42,489 bases of DNA, taken from Actinomycetes bacterium (GTDB lineage: Bacteria > Actinomycetota > UBA4738 > HRBIN12). The first letter of the stretch is position 1. Every line of letters starts with the position of its first letter. A program made the position numbers and the translations under genes. Below are positions 17,403 through 25,393 of this stretch, piece by piece. The stretch spans positions 1 to 42,489 of the forward strand of contig JANMPG010000089.1 of NCBI GenBank assembly GCA_031369745.1, read 5' to 3'. The notes below the pieces were generated by a model, which saw only the letters and a list, made by a program, of their open reading frames with translations, did not search any database and had not been told where the DNA came from.

Positions 17403-17499
17403 AATGACTAGTCAGGAGGGTAGCACGAGGACCCCTTCCGGCGCAACCCAAACCTGCAGGTCAGAGGGCTGTTTCGCGGCATCCGATGGTCCGAATGGT

Positions 17500-18864
17500 C
17501 TACGACGCCCGACGGTCGTTCGCCGTTCCCGCAGGTGAGAGGGCCCAATGAAGCGCCTCGGCGACATGACCCACGGTGACCAGCCGCACACCCCCAGGGG
17601 CGTCAACCGACCCGCTCGGGGCGAAAACCACGGTACAGCCGGCGGCCCGCGCAGCGGCCACCCGCTGCTCGATACCGGGGGCGGGGCGAACCTGCCCCGT
17701 CAGCGCAACCTCGCCGACGAACGCCGCGCCGGCTGGTGGCGGCACCCCGCAGGCGGCCGACGCGAGGGCCGCCGAGACGGCCAGGTCAGCGGCGGGATCG
17801 TCGATACGAGCACCGCCCGCGACCGCGCCGAACAGCTCGGCGCCCCCGAGCGGCACGCCGGCACTTCGCTCGAGCACCGCGGCCACCTGCTGGAACCGCC
17901 GGACGTCGAGGCCGGTGACCTGGCGTCGACCCGGCCCCCCTGTCGCCCCGACGAGAGCCTGTATCTCCACTGCGATCGCGCGTCGCCCCGCGAGCGGAAG
18001 TGCGACCGCGGCGCCGGGGAGCTGATGCCCCGAGCACAGCAGGGCTGACGGGTCGATCGGAGCGAGCCCCGCCGCCCCCATCTCGAACCAGGCGGTCTCC
18101 CCTTCGCTGCCAAAGCGGTTCTTGCTTCCCGAGACGATGCGCAGGCCCGACCGGGGATCGCCCTCGAAGCTCAGCACCACGTCGACCGCGTGCTCGAGTG
18201 CCCGGGGACCCGCCAGGTCGCCATCTTTCGTGACGTGGCCTGCCAACACCACCGCGATGTCGTCTTCCTTCGCAAGCTCGACGAGGGCGTCGGTGCATGC
18301 GCGCACTTGCGCAACACCGCCGGGCTGCGTCGTCGCCTCGACATCGCGCAGTGTCTGCACGGAATCGACCGCGAGGACCTGCGGCTGCAGGGAGCGAGCT
18401 GCTGCGAGCACCTCGTGCAGGTCCCTGCCAGGTGCGAACGCGACGGTGTCGACGGGCACGCCGAGGCGCCGCGCCCGGGACGCAACCTGGGCTCGGGATT
18501 CCTCGCCGCTCACGAGCAGGCCCGAGCGGCCGCCCGCGCCCATGGCTGACAGCCACTGCAGCAGGAGGGTCGACTTGCCGATCCTCGGGGCTCCGGCAAG
18601 CAGTACGACCGAGCCCGGCACGAGGCCACCCCCCAACACCCGATCGAGATCCAAGAGGCCGGTGGAGACCCTGGGAGGGTCGGGCGCCCCCGCCTGCAGC
18701 AGCGGACCGACGCGAGCAGCCGGGACCGCACGTACCGGCCCCGGGCGAGCGATCGCCTCCTGTTCGATCTGCCCCCAGGCGCCGCACCCTGGGCAGCGCC
18801 CCGCCCACTGCGGGGCGTTTTGCCCGCACGCGCCACAAGAGAACCGGACCCTCGGTTTCGCCAT
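17500..18864 (-). CDS. radA: DNA repair protein RadA (Sms)
   Basis: Track ORF trimmed to ATG 18864 (MAKPRVRFSCGACGQNAPQWAGRCPGCGAWG is a zinc ribbon). Walker A is GAPRIGKST, the KNRFG motif is present, and the C-terminus is Lon-protease-like. Confidence 0.95.
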   Translation of the reverse strand: MAKPRVRFSCGACGQNAPQWAGRCPGCGAWGQIEQEAIARPGPVRAVPAARVGPLLQAGAPDPPRVSTGLLDLDRVLGGGLVPGSVVLLAGAPRIGKSTLLLQWLSAMGAGGRSGLLVSGEESRAQVASRARRLGVPVDTVAFAPGRDLHEVLAAARSLQPQVLAVDSVQTLRDVEATTQPGGVAQVRACTDALVELAKEDDIAVVLAGHVTKDGDLAGPRALEHAVDVVLSFEGDPRSGLRIVSGSKNRFGSEGETAWFEMGAAGLAPIDPSALLCSGHQLPGAAVALPLAGRRAIAVEIQALVGATGGPGRRQVTGLDVRRFQQVAAVLERSAGVPLGGAELFGAVAGGARIDDPAADLAVSAALASAACGVPPPAGAAFVGEVALTGQVRPAPGIEQRVAAARAAGCTVVFAPSGSVDAPGGVRLVTVGHVAEALHWALSPAGTANDRRAS

Positions 18865-19092
18865 GCCGCGACCGTATCCGTGGTCTCTGACACGCCAACG
18901 GGCGCTTCGGGCTCGCCCATGTGAGGCACCCGTTCCTCGCCCTTCTTCCGCCATGTCAGTACCGGAGGGTAGCCTGCGAGCCCTGCCCGGGTGAGGCCCT
19001 TCGGGCCTGTTCGGAGCCGAAGGGTGCGAGTCTTCGCCGGGCGCTCCTCCTCGGGAGATCGCTGCCGATAGTGAGTGGGTGAGGTGGAGCCG

Positions 19093-19425
19093 ATGCGGGT
19101 CGTTAAGATCGAACAAGCAACCGAGCAGACCCAAGATCTCGGGTCGCAACTCGAGCTCCTCCAGGCCGAGCACCCGCTCGTCGTCGTGATCTGGCGCGAC
19201 GCGTTCTTCGATTTCGACCAGTCCAACGCCGAGGACATCCGTCCCGACTACCTGGTCCACACGGTCGGATTCCTGTTGGCCGACGGGCCCAAGTTCGTCT
19301 CGCTCGCACAAGAGGTCCTGCCGGACGGCGACGGTTTCCGGGCCGTGACACACGTCCCACGTTCGATCGTCGAGCGAGTGGTTCGACTCGGCGCTGCCTT
19401 AGAGACACCCATCCAAGATCTGTGA
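19093..19425 (+). CDS. Hypothetical protein, no family recognised
   Basis: 110 aa from ATG 19093 (GTG 19075 is also possible). GC3-rich codon usage and a balanced, non-Arg/Pro-rich composition argue for real coding. Its 3' end overlaps the convergent propeller gene by 27 nt. Confidence 0.5.
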   Translation: MRVVKIEQATEQTQDLGSQLELLQAEHPLVVVIWRDAFFDFDQSNAEDIRPDYLVHTVGFLLADGPKFVSLAQEVLPDGDGFRAVTHVPRSIVERVVRLGAALETPIQDL

Positions 19426-20526
19426 CGGCTGGCCGAGGCTACCGCCGGCTGCGATGACCTCCCCCATCGGGCTGAAACTCAGGTCACCGATCGCAGACAC
19501 GGGCGCGGAAAGCGGCACCCACGAACCCGGTGACTCCCAGCGGTAGTACTCCAAGGACGGATTCGGCGCGATGCCCGAATAGCCGGACCCGCCGATCAGC
19601 ACCGTCGACCCGATGGCCACCGCTTCGATGTGGTTCGCCGCGAATCCAGTCTTCGGGCTCGGCATCCGTGTCCACGCAGCGCCGTTCCATCGCAGCAGCA
19701 GGGGAGCTCCGCCTGCGGTACCGACCGCCCACACCTCGGAGCCCCGGGCTGCCACATCGCTCAAGGAATTGTTGCTCGGCGCGTCTGGCACGCTGGGGTT
19801 CACGATCGACCACGCGGTGCCATCCCAATGCAGGGCGAATGATTGCTGCCCGAAGGGGAACGCGAAGCCCACCGCCCAGGCGTCGTCGGGCGCGCTCGCG
19901 GCGATCGACGTGAGCCGAAAGTCTCCATCGAACGCATCCACCGGAAGGGGAAGTGGCGCCGGGACGCGGCTCCAACTGCCACCATCCCAATGCAGCATGA
20001 CGACGCGCCACCCGTTGTTCACGATCGTCGCCCCTCCAGCCCAGATGTCTCGCCGGGAAGAGCCGCCGATGGCCCACACGGAGGTGGTGCCTGCGTTCAT
20101 GACTGCCGGCACATGCGACGCCCGTCGCCACGACGTGCCGTTCCAGCGCTCTATCGCTGAGCCGGCATCGCCCCCGCCCGTCGAGGGGTCCGATCGTCGA
20201 CCCGCGGTCCACGCCTTCGCTCCGAAGACCGCGAGGGTCTTCGGCTCGAACGCCCGGGCGTTCGCCATCTGCACCTTCACCCAGCGGGCGCCGTCCCAGT
20301 GCAGCGAGACGGCGAACTGCTTCGTGGTGGAGCCGAACTCGGTCCGCTGACCCACCCCCCATCGACCGGCCTTCGCCGACACGCCGACGGCGGATGCGCC
20401 GCCGTTCGAGATCGTGGGCTGCGGTCCCGCGGTCAGGGATCCATCACACGTCAGGGCCTGGGCAGGCGCGGCGGCGGGCAGGCAAAGCGCCACAAGCACA
20501 CACACGATCATGGATCGACGGGCCAC
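19399..20526 (-). CDS. Secreted six-repeat beta-propeller-like protein (degenerate BNR/Asp-box-like HWDGxxW repeats)
   Basis: Signal peptide MARRSMIVCVLVALCLPAAAPAQA. Six spaced repeats: LHWDGARW, ERWNGTSW, LHWDGGSW, LHWDGTAW, LRWNGAAW, YRWESPGSW, each preceded by a vWAvG-type strand. The start is GTG with GGGAGGGAG 5 nt upstream. Confidence 0.7.
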   Translation of the reverse strand: MARRSMIVCVLVALCLPAAAPAQALTCDGSLTAGPQPTISNGGASAVGVSAKAGRWGVGQRTEFGSTTKQFAVSLHWDGARWVKVQMANARAFEPKTLAVFGAKAWTAGRRSDPSTGGGDAGSAIERWNGTSWRRASHVPAVMNAGTTSVWAIGGSSRRDIWAGGATIVNNGWRVVMLHWDGGSWSRVPAPLPLPVDAFDGDFRLTSIAASAPDDAWAVGFAFPFGQQSFALHWDGTAWSIVNPSVPDAPSNNSLSDVAARGSEVWAVGTAGGAPLLLRWNGAAWTRMPSPKTGFAANHIEAVAIGSTVLIGGSGYSGIAPNPSLEYYRWESPGSWVPLSAPVSAIGDLSFSPMGEVIAAGGSLGQPSQILDGCL

Positions 20527-20652
20527 CTGAACTCCCTCCCTCGAGAACGCCGGACGGTATCACGAGGTGTGCCCCGGCACATCCGTCCATCGGGTCGAGT
20601 TGGGTGCTATCGTCGTGGTGTCGTTCGTCATCGTCGACGATCGGCACCTCGG

Positions 20653-20747
20653 AAGGAGGGATGACAGATGAACAAGATCTCTGTCTCGGTGTTCACAGCA
20701 CCGCGTCCCTCCGGCATGCGCTGACTTCGCTCGCGCAACGCTCCTGA
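20653..20747 (+). promoter_or_regulatory. Orphan strong Shine-Dalgarno (AAGGAGG) with short upstream ORF(s) in the RIO-kinase leader
   Basis: AAGGAGG at 20653-20659. ATG 20668 lies 8 nt downstream and opens an 18-codon ORF (MNKISVSVFTAPRPSGMR, stop 20722-20724). ATG 20661 opens a 28-codon ORF ending at 20747. Locally the G+C is lower. Translation is not proven. Confidence 0.3.
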
Positions 20748-20795
20748 AGGACGCGGACTTCCGCACGTCCACGTCATCACGAAGGAGCTATCGCC

Positions 20796-21554
20796 TTGCA
20801 CGAGGAAGCCTTCGAGCACTTCTTCGATGAAGGTCTCATCGAAGCGGTGCTCCTGCCGCTGAAACACGGAAAAGAAGCCAGCGTTCACCTGTGTCGTGCG
20901 AACCCCCGCACGACCGGTGAGGAGCTGGTGGCACTGAAGCTCTACCACCCCTTGAACAAGCGCGATTTCCGCGACGAGGGCCTGTACCGCGACGGCGAGT
21001 TCATCAAGGAGCGACGGATCCGCGCCGCTCTGGACCAGAAGACCAAGTTCGGCCGCGAGGTCCAAGGCGGCCTGTGGGTCTCTCGCGAATGGGAAACCCT
21101 TCGAAAGCTATCCGGGCTGGGCGCGCCAGTCCCCAGACCGATCGAGTGCACCGACGACGCGATCTTGATGACCTACATCGGTGACCGGTCGGCCCCGGCG
21201 CCCAGGCTCCACGAGTACGCCTACGACGATCGTGAGGAACTCGAGGCCTTGTGGGAACGAACCCACGACGCGCTCGAGCACATGCTCTATCGCGACATCG
21301 TGCACGGCGACCTGTCCGCCTACAACGTCCTGGTCTGGGACGGCGACATCGTGGTGATCGACTTCCCGCAGGCGGTCGACCCGAAGAAGAACCGGCACGC
21401 CCAGGCATTCCTCGAGCGCGACGTCCGTCGGATCGGTACCTGGTTCGAGCACGGCGGCCTACATCTGCCGTGGGATGAGATCGCGAACGACCTGTGGACC
21501 GCCTGGACGTTCGCCGACCTAGTTCCCGAGGAGCTCCGGGGCCTCACGCTCTAA
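20796..21554 (+). CDS. RIO1-family atypical serine protein kinase
   Basis: LKHGKEASVH (RIO GKEA ATP loop), catalytic HGDLSAYNVLV and metal-binding VIDFPQAV. A TTG start at 20796 is supported by AAGGAG 8 nt upstream, and no in-frame ATG lies before the kinase core. Confidence 0.85.
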   Translation: MHEEAFEHFFDEGLIEAVLLPLKHGKEASVHLCRANPRTTGEELVALKLYHPLNKRDFRDEGLYRDGEFIKERRIRAALDQKTKFGREVQGGLWVSREWETLRKLSGLGAPVPRPIECTDDAILMTYIGDRSAPAPRLHEYAYDDREELEALWERTHDALEHMLYRDIVHGDLSAYNVLVWDGDIVVIDFPQAVDPKKNRHAQAFLERDVRRIGTWFEHGGLHLPWDEIANDLWTAWTFADLVPEELRGLTL

Positions 21555-21569
21555 GGCACCAGATGCCGA

Positions 21570-21600
21570 GAAACCCGGTCCCCTCGCGGGGCCGGGTTTC
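21570..21600. terminator. Bidirectional intrinsic terminator-like hairpin between the convergent RIO kinase and clpC
   Basis: GAAACCCGG-t-CCCC-tcgc-GGGG-CCGGGTTTC is a 13-bp interrupted stem with TTTC on either strand. A second small hairpin, GCCCC-cgag-GGGGC, lies at about 21609-21622. Confidence 0.6.
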
Positions 21601-21639
21601 GGCCTTGATGCCCCCGAGGGGGCGGGATCGCTGATCCGC

Positions 21640-24141
21640 CTACGATTCGGGCGAACCTGCGAGTTCAACAGGCGGGACGTCGGGTGGCACGAGACCCATC
21701 GTCGAGGTGAAGACGATCTCGCCATCCACCACGTCGACCAACACCGCTTCGCCGGCCCGATATTCCTTGTTCAGCAGTTTCTCGGACAAGGGGTCCTCGA
21801 CCAGACGCTGGATCGTGCGGCGAAGCGGCCTAGCGCCGAGCGCCTGATCCCACCCGCGCTCCGCGAGGAACGTCTTGGCCTCGTCGGTCAGCTCGATATC
21901 GATGTCCTTGGCTTTCAGTTGCTCCTCGACGCGGCGCATCATGAGATCGACGATCTTCTTCACGTCCAGCGTGTCGAGCGAGTGAAAGACGATGACCTCG
22001 TCGATCCGGTTAAGGAACTCGGGCCGGAAGGACTTCTTCAGCTCTTCTTCGACCTTGCCGCGCATGCGCTCGAAGTCGCCGAGCGCATCGACGTTGGATG
22101 CGAACCCGACCGACATGCCCTTTTGGATATCGCGCGTGCCGAGGTTCGAGGTCATGATGATGATCGTGTTCTTGAAGTCGACCGTACGGCCCTGGCCGTC
22201 GGTCAGGTGACCGTCTTCGAGGATCTGCAGCAGCGTGTCGAACACGTTGGGGTGCGCCTTTTCGATCTCGTCGAACAGCACGACCGAGAAGGGCTTGCGG
22301 CGAACGGCCTCCGTGAGCTGGCCGCCCTCGTCGTACCCGACGTAGCCGGGAGGCGAGCCGATCAGACGCGACACGGTGTACTGGTCGTGGAACTCCGACA
22401 TGTCGAGCTGGATCAGCGAGTCCTCGTCACCGAACAAGAACTCGGCAAGGGCCTTGGACAACTCGGTCTTGCCGACGCCCGAAGGACCGAGGAACACGAA
22501 CGATCCGGAGGGGCGACGCGGGTCCTTGAGGCCACTTCGGGTGCGGCGCATGGCGCGCGACACCGCGGAGATCGCCTCGTGCTGGCTGATGATGCGCTTG
22601 TGGAGCTCGTCTTCCATGCGCAGCAGCTTGTCGGTCTCTTCCTCCGTGAGTTTGAACACCGGGATGCCGGTCCACACCGACAGCACTTCGGCGATCTGCT
22701 CTTCGTCGATCTCGGACAGCACATCCATCTCGCCGGCCTTCCACGTCTGCTCGCGACGACCGCGCTCTTCCTGGAGCTGACGCTCCTCGTCGCGCAGTCG
22801 AGCGGCGAGCTCGAAGTCCTGGCCGTCGATCGCCGACTCTTTCTTGAGCCGGACTTCGGCGATCTTCTCGTCGACCTCGCGCACATCGGGCGGCGCGGTC
22901 ATGCGACGGATCCGCATGCGGCTGCCGGCCTCGTCTATCAGGTCGATCGCTTTGTCGGGCAGCTGGCGGTCCGAGATGTAGCGGTCGGCAAGGTTGGCGG
23001 CGGCCACGATCGCGTCGTCGGTGTAGGTGACGCGGTGGTGCGCCTCGTAGCGGTCGCGCAGGCCCTTGAGGATCTCGATCGTGTGGATGACGGTGGGCTC
23101 GGCGACGTCGATCGGCTGGAATCGACGCTCGAGTGCCGCGTCCTTCTCGAGGTGCTTGCGGTACTCGTCGCGGGTGGTCGCGCCGATCGTCTGCAGCTCA
23201 CCGCGCGCCAACATCGGCTTGAGGATCGATGCCGCGTCGATCGCGCCCTCTGCGGCGCCGGCGCCAACGAGCGTGTGCAGCTCGTCGATGAACAGCACGA
23301 TGTCGCCGCGGGTCTTGATCTCCTTGAGCACCTTCTTCAAACGCTCTTCGAAGTCGCCGCGGTAGCGGGACCCGGCCACCAAGGCGCCGAGGTCGAGCGT
23401 GTAGATCTGCTTGCCCCGCAGGGTCTCGGGGATCTCGCCCTTGACGATCGCCTGCGACAGACCCTCGACGACGGCGGTCTTGCCGACGCCCGGGTCACCG
23501 ATCAGCACCGGGTTGTTCTTCGTGCGGCGTGACAAGACCTGCATCACGCGCTCGATCTCCTTCTCACGACCGATGACGGGGTCGAGCTTGCCCTCGCGGG
23601 CGAGCTGGGTGAGGTTGCGGCCGAACTGGTCGAGCACGGCCGAGCCGCCCTGGGTCTGTTCGCTGGTGCCGCCGGCGGTGGCGACCTGCTCGCCCTTGCC
23701 ACCGGTGTAGCCCGACAACAGCTGGATCACGGTCTGGCGGACGCGGTTGAGGTCGGCGCCCAGCTTCTGCAGCACCTGGGCAGCGACGCCCTCACCCTCG
23801 CGGATCAGTCCGAGCAGGATGTGCTCGGTGCCGATGTAGTTGTGACCGAGTTGCAGCGCTTCGCGAAGCGACAGCTCGAGAACCTTCTTGGCGCGCGGCG
23901 TGAACGGGATGTGCCCCGTCGGCGCGGCCTGGCCTTGGCCGATGATCTCCTGCACTTGTTCGCGAACGGCATCGAGCGAGATGTTCATCGACTCGAGGGC
24001 CTTGGCGGCGACGCCCTCGCCCTCGTGGATCAGCCCGAGCAGGATGTGCTCGGTGCCGATGTAGTTGTGGTTGAGCATCCTCGCTTCTTCTTGGGCGAGA
24101 ACCACGACGCGTCTGGCGCGATCCGTAAAGCGCTCGAACAT
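21640..24141 (-). CDS. clpC: ATP-dependent Clp protease ATP-binding subunit ClpC (ClpC1-type)
   Basis: Track ORF trimmed to ATG 24141 ([37 protein letters not shown]) with GGAGGA upstream. It has a duplicated Clp_N repeat, two AAA+ modules ([16 protein letters not shown]) and a UVR-like linker. Confidence 0.96.
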   Translation of the reverse strand: MFERFTDRARRVVVLAQEEARMLNHNYIGTEHILLGLIHEGEGVAAKALESMNISLDAVREQVQEIIGQGQAAPTGHIPFTPRAKKVLELSLREALQLGHNYIGTEHILLGLIREGEGVAAQVLQKLGADLNRVRQTVIQLLSGYTGGKGEQVATAGGTSEQTQGGSAVLDQFGRNLTQLAREGKLDPVIGREKEIERVMQVLSRRTKNNPVLIGDPGVGKTAVVEGLSQAIVKGEIPETLRGKQIYTLDLGALVAGSRYRGDFEERLKKVLKEIKTRGDIVLFIDELHTLVGAGAAEGAIDAASILKPMLARGELQTIGATTRDEYRKHLEKDAALERRFQPIDVAEPTVIHTIEILKGLRDRYEAHHRVTYTDDAIVAAANLADRYISDRQLPDKAIDLIDEAGSRMRIRRMTAPPDVREVDEKIAEVRLKKESAIDGQDFELAARLRDEERQLQEERGRREQTWKAGEMDVLSEIDEEQIAEVLSVWTGIPVFKLTEEETDKLLRMEDELHKRIISQHEAISAVSRAMRRTRSGLKDPRRPSGSFVFLGPSGVGKTELSKALAEFLFGDEDSLIQLDMSEFHDQYTVSRLIGSPPGYVGYDEGGQLTEAVRRKPFSVVLFDEIEKAHPNVFDTLLQILEDGHLTDGQGRTVDFKNTIIIMTSNLGTRDIQKGMSVGFASNVDALGDFERMRGKVEEELKKSFRPEFLNRIDEVIVFHSLDTLDVKKIVDLMMRRVEEQLKAKDIDIELTDEAKTFLAERGWDQALGARPLRRTIQRLVEDPLSEKLLNKEYRAGEAVLVDVVDGEIVFTSTMGLVPPDVPPVELAGSPES

Positions 24142-24290
24142 GTCTTTCTTCCTCCGGGCCGCGGCCCGTTCCCTGCACTGCCGACCCTCGAGGATCGCGG
24201 GACTCCGTCCTCCCCCCGAGGTGCGTGGGGCGCCGGGTCTTCCCCAGCGCCGCTGCACCGAGTATACCCGCGCCCCCCACAACGCCCGGA

Positions 24291-24312
24291 ACCGATATGG
24301 ATCGGTACCGAT
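24291..24312. promoter_or_regulatory. Overlapping palindromes ACCGAT-atgg-ATCGGT / ATCGGTACCGAT in the long clpC leader
   Basis: Read directly, about 150-170 nt upstream of the clpC ATG. A further 5-1-5 palindrome, GCGTC-a-GACGC (24333-24343), is flanked by direct CTTCGG repeats. Operator function is an inference. Confidence 0.25.
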
Positions 24313-24536
24313 GCGTTTCCCCATCCTTCGGCGCGTCAGACGCTTCGGATAAGCGACGCAACACCGACCGTTGTGCCTGCTCATTCCGGACCATTCGCAA
24401 TCCCCCCGGAAGGACGATGTAGGTCCGCTTGCCAGCTGCGAGCCTGTCAAGCCCTGGCGACATGATGCCGAAGCCCTTGGCGGGAAGGAGGTCCCCCATT
24501 TCCGCAGTGGACCTCATCGGTGGAGAGGCGACGCCA

Positions 24537-24902
24537 GTGCGCGTGCTCGTGGTCGACGATCACCCAGCGTTTCGAAAGGCGCTCTCGTCTGCCCTGAGCT
24601 TGGTCGCCGATATCGAGGTGGCCGGCGAAGCGGGCGGCGGCATCGCCGCGTGTCAGGAGGCTGAGGACCTCGATCCGGACATCATCGTGATGGACCTGTC
24701 GATGCCGGACCTGTCCGGTATCGATGCGATGAAGCGGATCCACGAACGCCGACCCGACCTGCCCGTCGTGATCTTGACCGCGCACGCCGACGAAGGTGTC
24801 GAGCGTGAAGCGCGCGAAGCGGGCGCGTCAGGGTTCCTGGCAAAGGGCACCGGGTTGCACGACCTCGTGATCGTGCTGCACGAGGCCGCCGACGACCACT
24901 AG
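24537..24902 (+). CDS. Receiver-only response regulator (NarL-like receiver, no HTH output domain)
   Basis: VRVLVVDDHPAFRKAL..., acceptor IIVMDLSMPD, then VVILTA and LAKG. It ends right after alpha-5. GTG 24537 has GGAGAGG 8 nt upstream. The alternative start is ATG 24462. Confidence 0.8.
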   Translation: MRVLVVDDHPAFRKALSSALSLVADIEVAGEAGGGIAACQEAEDLDPDIIVMDLSMPDLSGIDAMKRIHERRPDLPVVILTAHADEGVEREAREAGASGFLAKGTGLHDLVIVLHEAADDH

Positions 24903-25324
24903 GACGCCGGCGACGCCGCGTCTCGGTACTGCCGTACCAACGTGCACAGCCCGAGCAGCAACGTCTTGGAGAACGCCGCGTTGTCCAGCAACGGCTGGAA
25001 ATCCCAGGCGACCAACGCAAGTGTCGTGAGATCCGTGACGGCAGTGACGGTGGCCGATCTCGGACCTCCATCGATCAATCCAATCTCGCCGAAGTAGCCG
25101 CCGCGGCCGAGCCGGTGGACGGGGACGCCATCGCCGGTGACCTCCGCCTCACCCTCCACGATCAGGTGGAAGCCCACCCCCGAGTCGCCCTGCGTCGCGA
25201 TCGCGCGGCCAGCCGCGAAATGCACCTCTTTCATACGGCGCGCGATCGAGTCGAGGTCGACCGGCTCCGCGTTCGCGAACAACGGCACGGTGGCGAGCAA
25301 TGCAACCATCTCATTGCGATCCAT
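24899..25324 (-). CDS. Cyclic-nucleotide-binding (cNMP) domain-only protein
   Basis: 141 aa. LFANAEPVDLDSIA..., FGEIGLIDGGPRSATVTA (phosphate-binding cassette). There is no DNA-binding or enzymatic domain. Confidence 0.8.
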   Translation of the reverse strand: MDRNEMVALLATVPLFANAEPVDLDSIARRMKEVHFAAGRAIATQGDSGVGFHLIVEGEAEVTGDGVPVHRLGRGGYFGEIGLIDGGPRSATVTAVTDLTTLALVAWDFQPLLDNAAFSKTLLLGLCTLVRQYRDAASPAS

Positions 25325-25340
25325 GTATCTCCCTCGGATG

Positions 25341-25369
25341 TTCGGTGACGGCGGTCACCATGCACCGAA
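25341..25369 (-). terminator. Two mutually exclusive hairpins downstream of lysS / upstream of the cNMP gene (possible terminator or attenuator)
   Basis: GGTGAC-ggcg-GTCACC (25344-25359) competes with TTCGGTG...CACCGAA (25341-25347 / 25363-25369). There is no clear U-tract. Confidence 0.3.
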
Positions 25370-25393
25370 CAGCCCGCCGGCGCAAGTCGGGAC

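Noticed and set aside
17500-19353. Long N-terminal extensions in the ORF track: radA 617 aa, clpC 936 aa (to 24450), acs (to 4388), rlmB (to 14847), ispF (to 15074), lysS (to 26980), coaX (to 27842), panC (to 29064), DUF2520 (to 30128), Zn-ribbon protein (to 31465), folK (to 31704), hydrolase (to 33165), hpt (to 36268), HK1 (from 6430)
   Set aside because: The extensions are Arg/Gly/Pro-rich, overlap the upstream gene, and precede canonical N-termini that have their own SD or start/stop overlap. The internal starts give family-typical lengths.
24142-24461. ClgR operator and small ORFs (24225-24422 and others) in the clpC leader
   Set aside because: I could not find a CGC-N5-GCG type box by eye. 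The small ORFs are Pro/Arg-rich with no SD. The palindromes are reported only as unexplained structure.
24483-24500. SD-like GGAAGGAGG followed 6 nt later by an in-frame ATT, as a non-canonical start for the receiver gene
   Set aside because: ATT initiation is very rare. GTG 24537 with its own GGAGAGG gives a textbook receiver N-terminus. The upstream SD-like element is left unexplained.
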